64,000 nucleotides of DNA from Octopus bimaculoides (taxonomy: Eukaryota): NCBI RefSeq assembly GCF_001194135.2, contig NC_068994.1, forward strand, positions 4,684,280 through 4,748,279. Reading direction: 5' to 3'. Every line of letters begins with the position of its first letter. Position 1 is the first letter of the stretch. The notes under the pieces were generated by a model. It was not told the origin of the DNA, made no database searches, and worked only from the letters and a program-made list of their open reading frames with translations. This document shows positions 37,492-48,770 of this stretch, in pieces. Made by a program: the position numbers and the translations under genes.

Positions 37492-37534
<43 letters not shown>

Positions 37535-38593
37535 AATAATAATGATTTCAAGTCTTGGCACAAAGCCAGAATGATAATAATGAGAGTAACAACAACAATT
37601 AATAATATTCATACAGATGACGATGATAATAAAAAAAAGTTTTTTTAAGTCAGGCACAAAGCCCTTATGAAAGGCAAATAGTGTTAAGTGTCTTGTTTAA
37701 GGACACAGTAAAACATCTACAGCAGAAAGAGTTGAAAATTCAACAGAGAGGATGGTGGAAAATGATAATAATAATAATAATGGTTTCAAATTTTGCCATA
37801 AGGGCAGCAATTTTGGGGAAGGGGGATAGTTGACCTCAGTACTTAACTGGTACTTAATTTATCAACCCCTGAAAGGATCAAAGGTAAAGTCAACCTCGGC
37901 GGAATTTGAACTCAGGACGTAGGGGCAGACAAAATACTGCTAAGCATTTTGTCTAGTGTGCTAACGAGTCTATCAGCTTGCCACCTAATAATAATAATAA
38001 TGATAATAGTAATAATAATAATAATAATAATAGTAATGGTTTCAGATTTTGACAGGAAATTTTTAGCAGGGGTCGTTACTCAATTCCACCAACGCCAGGC
38101 CAGGGCTAAAGAATGACAGGCAAAGTTGACTTAAGTGCCATTTGAACTCAGAATGTTAAGATCAAAACTGCCGCTAAGCATCTTGTCTGACGTTCTACCG
38201 ATTCTGCTGGCTCACTTCGGCAGAAGGGCCAGTATTTTAGGGAGAGGGGTTTAGTTGGTTACAGCAACCCCAGTGTTCAGCTGGTACTTTATTTTAGCGA
38301 CCGCGAAGGGATGAAAGACAAAGTTGACCTCGGCAGGATTTGAGCTCAGCACAAAAAGTGTGGAGAAATGCTACTAAGCATTTTCTCTGAAATGAGAAAG
38401 ATTTTGCCAGCTTTCCACCTTAATAATAATAATAATAATAATAATAACAACAACAATCAGTAACTTAGACTCAAGGCCACATGATTCTAGGGGTGGATTG
38501 CAGTTGATGACTAAATATTTCAATGACATGCTATAAGAACGAAAGGCAAAGTCAAACCCTGTTGAATTTTAACTCAGTTCTGTAAAGAAATGA

Positions 38594-38629
<36 letters not shown>

Positions 38630-38843
38630 CCTTTCTACTACAGGCACAAGGCCTGGAATTTGTGGGGAGCGGGATAGTCGATTACATCGACCCCAGCACT
38701 TGACTGGTACTTAATTTATCGACCCCGAAAGGATGAAAGGCAAAGTCAACCTCGGCAGAATTTGAACTCAGAACGTGAAGATGGATGAAGTGCCGCTAAG
38801 CATTTTGTTTGGCATGCTAATGGTTCTGCCAGTTCACCACCTT
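36825..38843 (-). repeat. Stack of 6-7 co-oriented SINE-A copies and fragments separated mostly by (AAT)n
   Basis: Copies at about 36825-37041, 37110-37180, 37780-37987, 38037-38215, 38216-38421, 38462-38580 and 38630-38843. Confidence 0.75.
38630..38843 (-). mobile_element. SINE family A, representative full copy (tRNA-like head; central TTGCCTTTCATCCTTTCGGGGTCGATAAATTAAGTACCAG core), flanked by (AAT)n
   Basis: A-box-like TGGCAGAAxCxTTAG and B-box-like GAGTTCAAATTC on the minus strand. Other copies at about 1965-2140, 3447-3662, 18561-18763, 19670-19887, 24225-24930, 29670-29850, 35761-35980, 36825-38421 and 57480-57610. Confidence 0.8.
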
Positions 38844-39196
38844 AATAATAATAATGATAATAACAATAATAGTTGTAATAACAATATTAATTCATCATCG
38901 TCATCTTTGAATGAAATGGTTGTTTGTTAATGAAAGAAACGAAGCTTATATTAGAGGCAGGACGTTTAGGTTGGCAACTGTGAGGTATAACTGTGTGAAT
39001 TTTGGGACATTTTTTTTGATAAAGAGAGAAATATATATATATATATATAAATATATATATATATGTATATTAGAAATGTACAACGTGAGCAGCAGTGACA
39101 AGCAAATGACACCAGCTGCACATTACGGTAGATATATATTAGAATGGAACACTGGAAATTGGTAAGGCAAAAAATAAAATCAAAATAATAATAATA

Positions 39197-39234
<38 letters not shown>

Positions 39235-39757
39235 AATAATAATAATAATAATCAATGATGAAAAAAAAAAAAAANNNNNNNNNNNNNNNNNNNNNNNNNN
39301 NNNNNNNNNNNNNNNNNNNNNNNNNNNNNNNNNNNNNNNNNNNNNNNNNNNNNNNNNNNNNNNNNNNNNNNNNNNNNNNNNNNNNNNNNNNNNNNNNNNN
39401 NNNNNNNNNNNNNNNNNNNNNNNNNNNNNNNNNNNNNNNNNNNNNNNNNNNNNNNNNNNNNNNNNNNNNNNNNNNNNNNNNNNNNNNNNNNNNNNNNNNN
39501 NNNNNNNNNNNNNNNNNNNNNNNNNNNNNNNNNNNNNNNNNNNNNNNNNNNNNNNNNNNNNNNNNNNNNNNNNNNNNNNNNNNNNNNNNNNNNNNNNNNN
39601 NNNNNNNNNNNNNNNNNNNNNNNNNNNNNNNNNNNNNNNNNNNNNNNNNNNNNNNNNNNNNNNNNNNNATATATATATATACATATATATATATTTATAT
39701 ATATATATATATATACACACATCTATGTACACAAGCAGTGTGTAGGTGTGAACATGC

Positions 39758-39801
<44 letters not shown>

Positions 39802-40521
39802 CATGCACACACACACGTGTAAATACATACTAACACACATTAATGAACACAGTATGTCCCAAAGTAAGACAAGTTAATTAAATTATTGTCCTTTCCTTTT
39901 TGTTTTAAGACTTTCTGCTCTCACACAAAACCTCTTCCAAAGCATAAAGGTCTTCTAACCCTGAGGAGAGAGGGGGGTTAGCTAAGGGCCGTACTGAACT
40001 CCGATCTCATGTTGTGAAGCAGATGAGATACCTCTAAGCATCTGTTTTCTTTGCACACACCATTCTCAGAGGCTCTGGTACCTTATTCCCTTCAACAGCC
40101 AAACTATTTGAGGCAATGTGGAATACAATGTTCTACACTGACATCACATTTGGCAAAATTTGGTATCTTCATTGTGACTTACATACTGTAACTTCTTGCA
40201 AGTAGACACACCATGTATACATACAGAGACAATAAATTTATAATAAATATAGCATACAAAGGATAATAAATACATACATTTATCAGTTAGATGTATGTAT
40301 ATGTGCACATATGTATGCACGTGTGTGTGAGTGTATGTGTGTGTATATATATATATTTATATATATATACATATAACTCATAGTAGCATGAAAATATGGA
40401 CGTAAAACCAGCAAATGAATGATGTATATATAATTATATATTCATATATATATACACACACATATACATACATATGTACACATATACACATATGTATATG
40501 GATATATGTGTGTATATCTAT

Positions 40522-40566
<45 letters not shown>

Positions 40567-43506
40567 TACACACAAATATATACATATACATGTGTATACT
40601 TGAGAATAAAGTTGAAATATCTTGTTTTTATCTTACAAAAAATAAGAACTATAAAATGAACGTAACAATAATTAATTAATAAATTTTAGGAAAAACAGAC
40701 TTTTTTTGAAGTGATTAATTATTAGAATTTAGTTTGGTTTCAAAATCATCTGGTTGTGATGTTCTCATGGCATCTTCCCCACCCCTTATGCAATCTCTTC
40801 CTCCTCACACTAACATATAATTTCTTGGGAACTGCCCCTTCACTAACCTCACATGACATCTTTCTCATTAGAAACTTCCAAAAATTTCCAGCTCACAGTC
40901 TACAAATAACGTAGACTGCTGCAGTAGTTTAGCCCCAGGCCAACCTTAAGTGGACAGACCATTGATCAAGTGTGTTACAACCACAACAGATCTGCCCTTC
41001 TTTTGGACAGCATTGCCTTTCTAGGATTACATTATCTAACAGGTCCCTCGCTTTTCAAGATGTTAAATATAATTTAAGGGAGGTTTGGCTGCATCTATTT
41101 CTTGCAATACCAGAGACACAGCCCTTTGTTTGCTAGAAATAGCCTAAATTGTTTCAATTACCAATAATTCAAAAATAACTTCGATGATTTCCAGTTTACA
41201 AATAGCTTGAATTTATTTATATTTAAGATTTAAAAAAAAAAAAGAAATTCCACACACAAGGTAAATCCATAAGATGTAAGAGAGAAATCTAACCAAGGAC
41301 AGGGTTCTAGTTTATTAGAAGTAACTTTCACAGAAGAATCTGGTACTTATTTCTGTGCCTACAGGGTGACTTGAACCTCTGTAGCTTGGGTTATCTTACA
41401 CAGTTCTATGTTGAGGAGACACACATTAAGGAGTCAGTAGCCATGTAGGGATACTGGTGAGATAGTGTGAGCATCAATTCGCTAACAGACATGTGGACAT
41501 CTTTTGAAGTTATTCCTTTTACAAGGCACATGGCTTAGAGGTTAGGGTATCTGGCTCACGATTGTAAAGTTATGAGTTTGATTCTTAATCGTGCATTATG
41601 TTCTTGAGCAAGACACTTTATTTCATGTTGTTTCAGTTCACTCAGCTAGTAAAAATGAGTAGTACTTGTATTTCAAAAGGTCGATTTTGTCACATTCTGT
41701 ATCACGCCAAATCTCCCTGAGGGCGATGTTAAGGGTACGTATATCTGTGGAGTACTCAGCCACTTGCACGTTAATTTCATGAGCAGATTGTTCCATTGAT
41801 TGGACCAACTGCAAACCTTCATCAGTGTTACCAATGGAGTGCCAGTCTTTAGTTTCAAAAATATTCCCTAACACATCTAGGAAGCATAAAAGAATCTGAA
41901 ATTGATTTCAGTACTTGACTGGCACTTTATGCTATCGACCCCTGGAATGTTGTGGTAATTGACACTTGGGTTTTATGATGAAGACTAGGATTAAGGGATA
42001 AATTACCTCAGTGTATAATAAGGATAGCTGCCTCCATATCTGTAACTGGAATACAATATAATGCCAAGGACCGAAGAATTTAATAAAAATAATTTTGTCA
42101 TTATTAAGTTGGATGTTTGGAACATAAATTAACATGATCTTTTATTAATGGAAGCTTTTAATTTAGATCGCTTTAAAATAGGAAATTTGTATTGTAGAAC
42201 CAGTTTCAGGTGGATTGGTACCAAAAGGGATAAGCACAAAACAAGTGCCTGTAGGTGAGATACTATGTCAATTAAATCGACCCATTGTATTTACTGCTAC
42301 TTAATCCATCGATTTTCAAAGGATGAAAGTTAATGCTGTATTCTGTGTGATTTGAATTCAGATCACAGTGGTTCAAATCTATAAACTGTTAAATGTTTGG
42401 CCTGATGCTCTACAGTTTCTGAAAATTCGATGCCTTTTGTAAAACTTATTGTTTATAAAACAATTATTGTCACATCAATGTCAAATCACTACAAGCGTTT
42501 CGAGTATGGATCCCTCTCCATACTCCTGTATAAACCAATCAATCTACTCCCATATATTTGTTTACAGAGATTTTTCACCTGAGGATGCCAATTAACAAAG
42601 AAAGAAACATAAACGACTGAGAACTAATTCAAGCAATAAACAAAAATTTCACAACTGAAATCCTTATTCAATATTATTAGAGGTTTTTGTGTGGGTGTAT
42701 GAATACATAAACACATGCACACATATATAATATACCACAATGCATCAAGCAAAGTACCATATACACACATACATATATATATAAATATACTTGCACACAT
42801 CTATGTATAAGATATTTCTGTATCAAATCAATTATCTGTGCAAATTTAACTCTCTCAATCATTAGCCAATACATATAATAAATATTGCAATGCATATATA
42901 TATATATGCACATATATACACACACACACATATATATATTTGTAATATATGTAACATGTACATATACACACAGAGAACAGTAACACACACATCGCAATTG
43001 CTACAAAGACTGTATCTTTCTGAAGAAATGTTCAAGCTGGAAAGAGGAATCCATGATGTTTGCATAAAAGGTGTTCAATAACAGAGTCTGTCGTATATTT
43101 ATATACTGTAATAGGCATCAAGGCAGGAGACATTGAGCTAAAAATCAATCAGATGCTTTTACAACACAGCAGCTCTTCTCCATTAAAAAAAAAAAATTTT
43201 AATTTTAAAAAAATTATCAAGAGGAGCCATAAACAGTCGTCAGAACTTTCGGTGAGTTTCTAATATTAGAATTTGACCAGCACAGATGATTCTGCTTTTT
43301 CAGGGTAGGTGGGGAAGAAATGTCTCACTTTGTAGGACAGACTGCTTTGACAAAATTTTCATGAAATTCCGATGAAGGAAATGTTAACACCATTGATAAA
43401 ATGAAATTTGAAACAACACAGGTCGAGTTATAAAATCAAAGTTGAGGAAACATAATTAAGTAGACAGGGAAAGAAAACGTTCAAGGTGTTTTTAATTATT
43501 ATTATG

Positions 43507-43538
<32 letters not shown>

Positions 43539-43683
43539 CATTATTACTATCATTACAACTACTAATATTAACAGTTTGTGCTGCTGCTGCTGCTGTTGTT
43601 GTTGTTGTTATTTTCATATCTATGAATGTTCCAAATATTATTGGTTGTTTGATTGGTTAGGTTGTTTTTAATTTTTAAAATTT

Positions 43684-46101
43684 TTATTTGTCATTGCCGT
43701 AGTGGTCGGAGTTACTCTTAGAAGGTGCGTGAATGCCTTGGATGTTGTTCCAAGAAGTTTGTTTACCTTGCTTGACCCCACAGGAATAGCTCGAAGGAAC
43801 GCTAGGCCAGCTGGAACCAAGCAAAGGAGGCATGGGGTACCCTCTAGACCACAGATAGTTGCTCTCCCAACTCTGTGGCATTTCGTGCAGATATGCTGGG
43901 GTGGATGTATGAGAAACTGGGATTGAAGGAGTCTGTAACTGGGTGGATTGCACATGAGGATCTCGGTGATGTGCTAATGACATGGGCCCGGGGTGGGGTG
44001 AACCACCCTGATTGACTTTCATGCTGTTTTTATGTGAAGACGATGAGATTGGTGGTGATGAAGAATTTGGTATGTGCTGATGATGTTTGTTGCTATGTGT
44101 TTCTGGGCTGTATGTATTAAATGGGGAAGAGCTTTTGTTCTGCGGATGTGTGGAGTGAGTAGGCGTGCTGTTCCCACTCAACATCGAAGGGGGCGGTTGA
44201 GGGAGGGGAGGCTCGCAGCCGGGTCGAGGCCGTTTGTGAGTGGCAATATGAGATTCACTCTCACATGTGCTGAATGCAGACGGAGGCTTTTCTTGGGTGT
44301 GGTTCGAGGACTGATGACTCATTCGGCTTCCACTGTTCAACAAAGATGAAGAAGAGTTTGGAGATGACAGCGAATGCATTTGCGATGCCTGTGGTTGTGG
44401 ATTCTTCGTGAAGAGTTCACAACCTGTACGTGTGCGCCTATGATTGTTTAAGTTTGCCTTTTGCGAGAAAGATTTCCCACAACTTTCACACTTAAATGGC
44501 TTCTCTCCAGTATGAGTACGAAGATGAGTTTTCAAGTTACCAGCCTGCGAGAATACCTTAGGACAAAGGTCACAACAATATGGTTTCTCTCCAGCATGGG
44601 TGCGAAGGTGAAGCTTCAAATTACCTCTCTGGCTAAAAGCTTTGTCACACAGGTTACATTTAAATGGTTTTTCGCCTGTGTGCGTTCTCATGTGATTTTT
44701 CAAATTTATTTGAAGAGTAAATTCTTTGGGACAATAATCACATTTATACAGCTCCCCGGTGTGTATACGTTCATGGATTTTGAGGAAAAACTGGTTACAA
44801 AATGGTTTCTTGCAGAACTGACAATAGTAGAGCTCTCCTGTGTGGAGTCTTTTGTGGTCGTTTAAATTAATCTTCTGGGAAAAGGCTTTCCCACAGACAT
44901 CACAGGCAAATGGTTTCTCACCTGTATGAGTTCTGAGATGGAGTTTTAAGTTACCTCTTTGGCTGAAAGCTTTTGAACAAACATGGCACTGAAATGGTCG
45001 GTCACCAGTGTGTGTTCTTTCATGATTTTTAAGATTGATTTTCTGCGAAAATGTTTTGCTACAATATTCACATTTAAACACTTCACCAGTGTGTGTACGC
45101 TCATGGATCTTCAAAAAAAACTGGTTACAAAATGATTTCTTGCAGTAGCTACAATAAAATAACTCTCCAGTGTGTATACGCTTATGATCATTCAAGTTGA
45201 TCTTTTGAGAAAATGCTTTTCCACATATGTCACATGCGAATGGCTTCTCTCCTGTATGGGTTCTCAAATGAAGTTTTAAGTTACCTCTCTGACTAAATGC
45301 TTTATTACAGACATTACATTGGAATGGTTTCTCTCCTGTGTGTGTTCTTAAGTGATTTTTCAAATTTATCTGTAAAGTGAAAGATTTTGTACAGAACGTG
45401 CATTTATACAACTCCCCTGTATGTGTACGTTCGTGTATTTTTAGAAAAAACTGGTTACAAAATGGTTTCTTGCAGAACTGACAATAGTAGAGCTCTCCTG
45501 TGTGAAGTCTTTTGTGGTCGTTTAAATTAATCTTCTGGGAAAAGGCTTTCCCACAGACATCACAGGCAAATGGTTTTTCCCCAGTGTGCGTTCTAAGGTG
45601 AAGCTTCAAATTACCACGCTGACTAAAAGATTTATTACAAACTGTACACTGGAATGGCTTCTCTCCAGTGTGAGTTCGCAGATGATTTTTAAGGTTGATT
45701 TTCTGTGTGAAGGCTTTTCCACAGTAACTGCACTCAAAAGGTTTCAGTCCTGTGTGAGTGAGTTCATGGTTCTTTAGAAAAAACTGATTTGAGAATCCTT
45801 TTTTACAGAAACTACACTGGAAATCTTTTTCCAATGGCTGATGTTGCGGTAGCTTGTTGTCATACATATGCGAGGGAGAGTGATGGGGTGGAAGCGACTC
45901 TCTGCCAGCCTCGTCCATTGCTGAAGGTGATCCTAGAGTGGTAGGAACATCTTTCCTGCCCATCTCACCTGAACTGTAAGTCTTTTCAGCAAGTGGCATT
46001 GTCTTTTCTGGACACTTTGGATAACTGCTTGGATAAACCGGCTGCCCACTATACAGCGGTGGTTGGTTGGTCATTGGAAACATCGGTTGAAAAGGATACA
46101 T
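43684..46101 (-). CDS. C2H2 zinc-finger protein ZNF-C (805 aa; 17 fingers, last one ends H-x3-R; Pro/Ser/His-rich N- and C-termini)
   Basis: 2.4 kb intact ORF with a finger array at about 44416-45822. AATAAA overlaps the stop codon (43683-88, minus strand). Confidence 0.93.
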   Translation of the reverse strand: MYPFQPMFPMTNQPPLYSGQPVYPSSYPKCPEKTMPLAEKTYSSGEMGRKDVPTTLGSPSAMDEAGRESLPPHHSPSHMYDNKLPQHQPLEKDFQCSFCKKGFSNQFFLKNHELTHTGLKPFECSYCGKAFTQKINLKNHLRTHTGEKPFQCTVCNKSFSQRGNLKLHLRTHTGEKPFACDVCGKAFSQKINLNDHKRLHTGELYYCQFCKKPFCNQFFLKIHERTHTGELYKCTFCTKSFTLQINLKNHLRTHTGEKPFQCNVCNKAFSQRGNLKLHLRTHTGEKPFACDICGKAFSQKINLNDHKRIHTGELFYCSYCKKSFCNQFFLKIHERTHTGEVFKCEYCSKTFSQKINLKNHERTHTGDRPFQCHVCSKAFSQRGNLKLHLRTHTGEKPFACDVCGKAFSQKINLNDHKRLHTGELYYCQFCKKPFCNQFFLKIHERIHTGELYKCDYCPKEFTLQINLKNHMRTHTGEKPFKCNLCDKAFSQRGNLKLHLRTHAGEKPYCCDLCPKVFSQAGNLKTHLRTHTGEKPFKCESCGKSFSQKANLNNHRRTRTGCELFTKNPQPQASQMHSLSSPNSSSSLLNSGSRMSHQSSNHTQEKPPSAFSTCESESHIATHKRPRPGCEPPLPQPPPSMLSGNSTPTHSTHPQNKSSSPFNTYSPETHSNKHHQHIPNSSSPPISSSSHKNSMKVNQGGSPHPGPMSLAHHRDPHVQSTQLQTPSIPVSHTSTPAYLHEMPQSWESNYLWSRGYPMPPLLGSSWPSVPSSYSCGVKQGKQTSWNNIQGIHAPSKSNSDHYGNDK

Positions 46102-46494
46102 CTTGGCAATGGGTTGGTACTTGTGCGATAATGAATCAGTTTATCCAAGTTCAAAAATCAATCAAATGTGGAAATGAAAAGAACATTGAGTATTGTTGTT
46201 AATGTTATTGTCAATGTTGTTGCTGTTTTTTTTCTCTTTTTCTTGTCTGTTCTATGTATGTCCGGATTGAATGTAGTTTCACAGACGTCACAAGACTAAC
46301 AATGTTCTCAGCGGCCCATGAACAGAAGACCAGCCTTAAAATCAAAATTTATTCAACGTGCCACATACTCATAAATTGAGAGGATGGTGGGAAAGGAAGG
46401 ATAGATGTATTTCTGACACCTCCAGGGATTCTTCTAATTCAAATTAACATTGGACTTTGAAGTCTCAACATAGGAGCAGCATGGAAAGTGGCAT

Positions 46495-46525
46495 CTGGAA
46501 AGAAAGAGAAAACAAATACTTTTAT
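46495..46525 (-). promoter_or_regulatory. Putative splice acceptor for the ZNF-C coding exon
   Basis: TTTGTTTTCTCTTTCTTTCCAG (AG at 46495-96), 393 nt upstream of the ATG. Confidence 0.55.
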
Positions 46526-46610
46526 AAAAAAAAGATCAAATAAAATCATTAAATTAACATAAAATTATATATATATGTGTATGTACATCATCATCACCAT
46601 CGATTTCACA

Positions 46611-46654
<44 letters not shown>

Positions 46655-46848
46655 CACATGCACACATATATATTTCAAAATGTAACCACATGTGAATCGT
46701 TGGCGATTTTTTTTCCTGTTTTCCTTTTCCATTGGACTTTTCTCTGTTTCTGAAGAAGAGCTCTTCTTTCCTTCCCTGAGTGTCTGCTAATACTTTACAT
46801 ATTTGTGCTTGTTCTTCATTTTTGGGGGATTTACTATGTATATATATA

Positions 46849-48128
46849 TTGGGTTGGCAAGAAGGTAATTTTGCTTTTCACAAATAGATAGAGTTATGAT
46901 TTTTTTGAATGAGTTTTGTGAATGTTATGATTTTTCCCTTTTGACATCTGATAGCCGTTACTTTTAGCCTACTTTAGAAGCAAATTGCACTTTTACAAAT
47001 TGTAAATTTGTTTAGTGTCAATTTTAACATGGAGTGCAAAAACAAACATTTTTTGCCATATTTTGCTTTTTTATTTCTGTAAAGGCAAGAAAGCTGCTGA
47101 GGCTCACAAAGAGATGTGTGAAGTTTCTGGTGTTGATTGCTTAAGAAAAGGCACATGTCAGAAATGGTTTAGAAAATTCTGTTCTGGAGATTTTTCACTC
47201 AAAGATAAACATTCTGGTCGACCTACTGAAGTTGATGATGACCGAATCAAAGCCATAATTGAATCTGATTATCATATAAACTGTGCGAAAGATTGCAGAG
47301 AGGTTAAATGTATCACACACAATAATTGAAAATCACTTAAAATGTCTTAGACTCGTTAAGAAGCTCGATATTTGAGTTCCACATAAAATTGAAAGAGATT
47401 CAATTAACACAACAAATCAATATTTGTGATATGCATCTCAAATGCAATGAAATTGACCTTTCTTTGAAACGAATCATCACTGGTGATGAAAAATGGATTG
47501 TTTACAATAACATCAATCAAAAGCGATCATAGTCCAAGTGTAATGAACCGGCACAAACTATATCGAAAGCTGAACTGCATAAAAAAAAAAGGTCTTGCTG
47601 TCAATTTGATGGGATTGCAAAGGTGTTGTGTATTTTGAGCTGCTTCCAAGGAACCAAACGATCAATTCAGATGTTTACTGTCAACAACTAATGAAACTGG
47701 AGGAAGCAATCAAAGAAAGACGACAGAATTGATAAATCATAAAACAATCATGACGCTAGACCACACACGTCTTTGCTAACTCCTGAAAACTTATTGGAGC
47801 TGGGTTGGGAAGTGATGTCACATCCCCCACACAGCCCTCCCTCACCTTGCACCATCAGATTAACATTTATTTCAAAGTTTGCAAAATTTTTTGAATGGTA
47901 AAACTTTCAGTAAATGAAGATGACCTGAAATTGTACTTGCTGCAGATTTTGGCTGATAAGGACCAGAAGTTTAATGAGCGCAGAATTATGAAGTTGCCTG
48001 AAAGAGGGCAAAACGTCATCGAAGAAAATGGAAAACATGTAATTGATTAAAGTTCATTCTTTGTATGAAAGACAAAAAATGACTTATGTTCACACTAAAA
48101 AACCGAAATTACTTTCTTGCCAACCCAA
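46849..48128 (+). mobile_element. Full-length (1280 bp) defective mariner (DD34D), mellifera-subfamily-like
   Basis: TIRs TTGGGTTGGCAAGAAGGTAATTT / AAATTACTTTCTTGCCAACCCAA, flanked by TA on both sides. Transposase motifs HILLFYF, SGRP, ITGDEKW, HD(N)ARPHT and HPPxSPxLAPSD are recognisable. Confidence 0.93.
47029..48050 (+). pseudogene. Mariner transposase pseudogene
   Basis: ATG at 47029 (MECKNKHF), a frameshift near 47050, internal stops (e.g. KRS*SK, SI*WD) and further frameshifts. Ends at TAA 48048-50. Confidence 0.9.
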
Positions 48129-48736
48129 TATATATATATATGGTCAGTTTGGTATTCAGAGAGAACTGGATGTTAGATAAGTGGGGGGACAGTCGTCAGA
48201 TTAACTAGTCCAGTTGAACACAAAGGAAAGTGTGTGTGTGTGTGTGTGTGAACAAAGACTTCGAGAGAGTAAAAGCAAGAATAGAGGTTAACAAAGAAAG
48301 AAACAATTAGATAAACAGAAAGAAGTGAATATAAGTGAATTAATAAACAGACAGCTGGATTAACAGATATGGAGATTAGTCCAGACAGCTAGCCAGGAAG
48401 AGAGTTAGATAGACAAAAAGATTAGTGTAGATAAACAGATAATTAGAAAAACAAAAACTAACTAATCAGACAGACAGGCAGACACTGATAAGACAGAATG
48501 AACACAGAGAAAGAGAGAGAGAGAGAGAGGGGGGAGGAAAGAAGGGTCTGGGTAGAGAGTAAGCCGGACAGAGGAGGGGGAAGTGATAAAGAGGGCCTGA
48601 GAGATGAGAGAGAAAGATAGATCAGTATTAACTGATACTCTCCCTTTCAGCAGACTGGGGTGAGGATGAAGGGGGTGTTTATTTATCTGTCTGTTTGTGT
48701 ATCTTTCTCTCTATCTATCAAATGGCTGTACTGTAG

Positions 48737-48770
<34 letters not shown>

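Noticed and set aside
46697-46835. CTGAAGAAGAGCTC motif, possibly a second PLE/hammerhead remnant
   Set aside because: GAAA and cleavage site are absent; too degraded to support.
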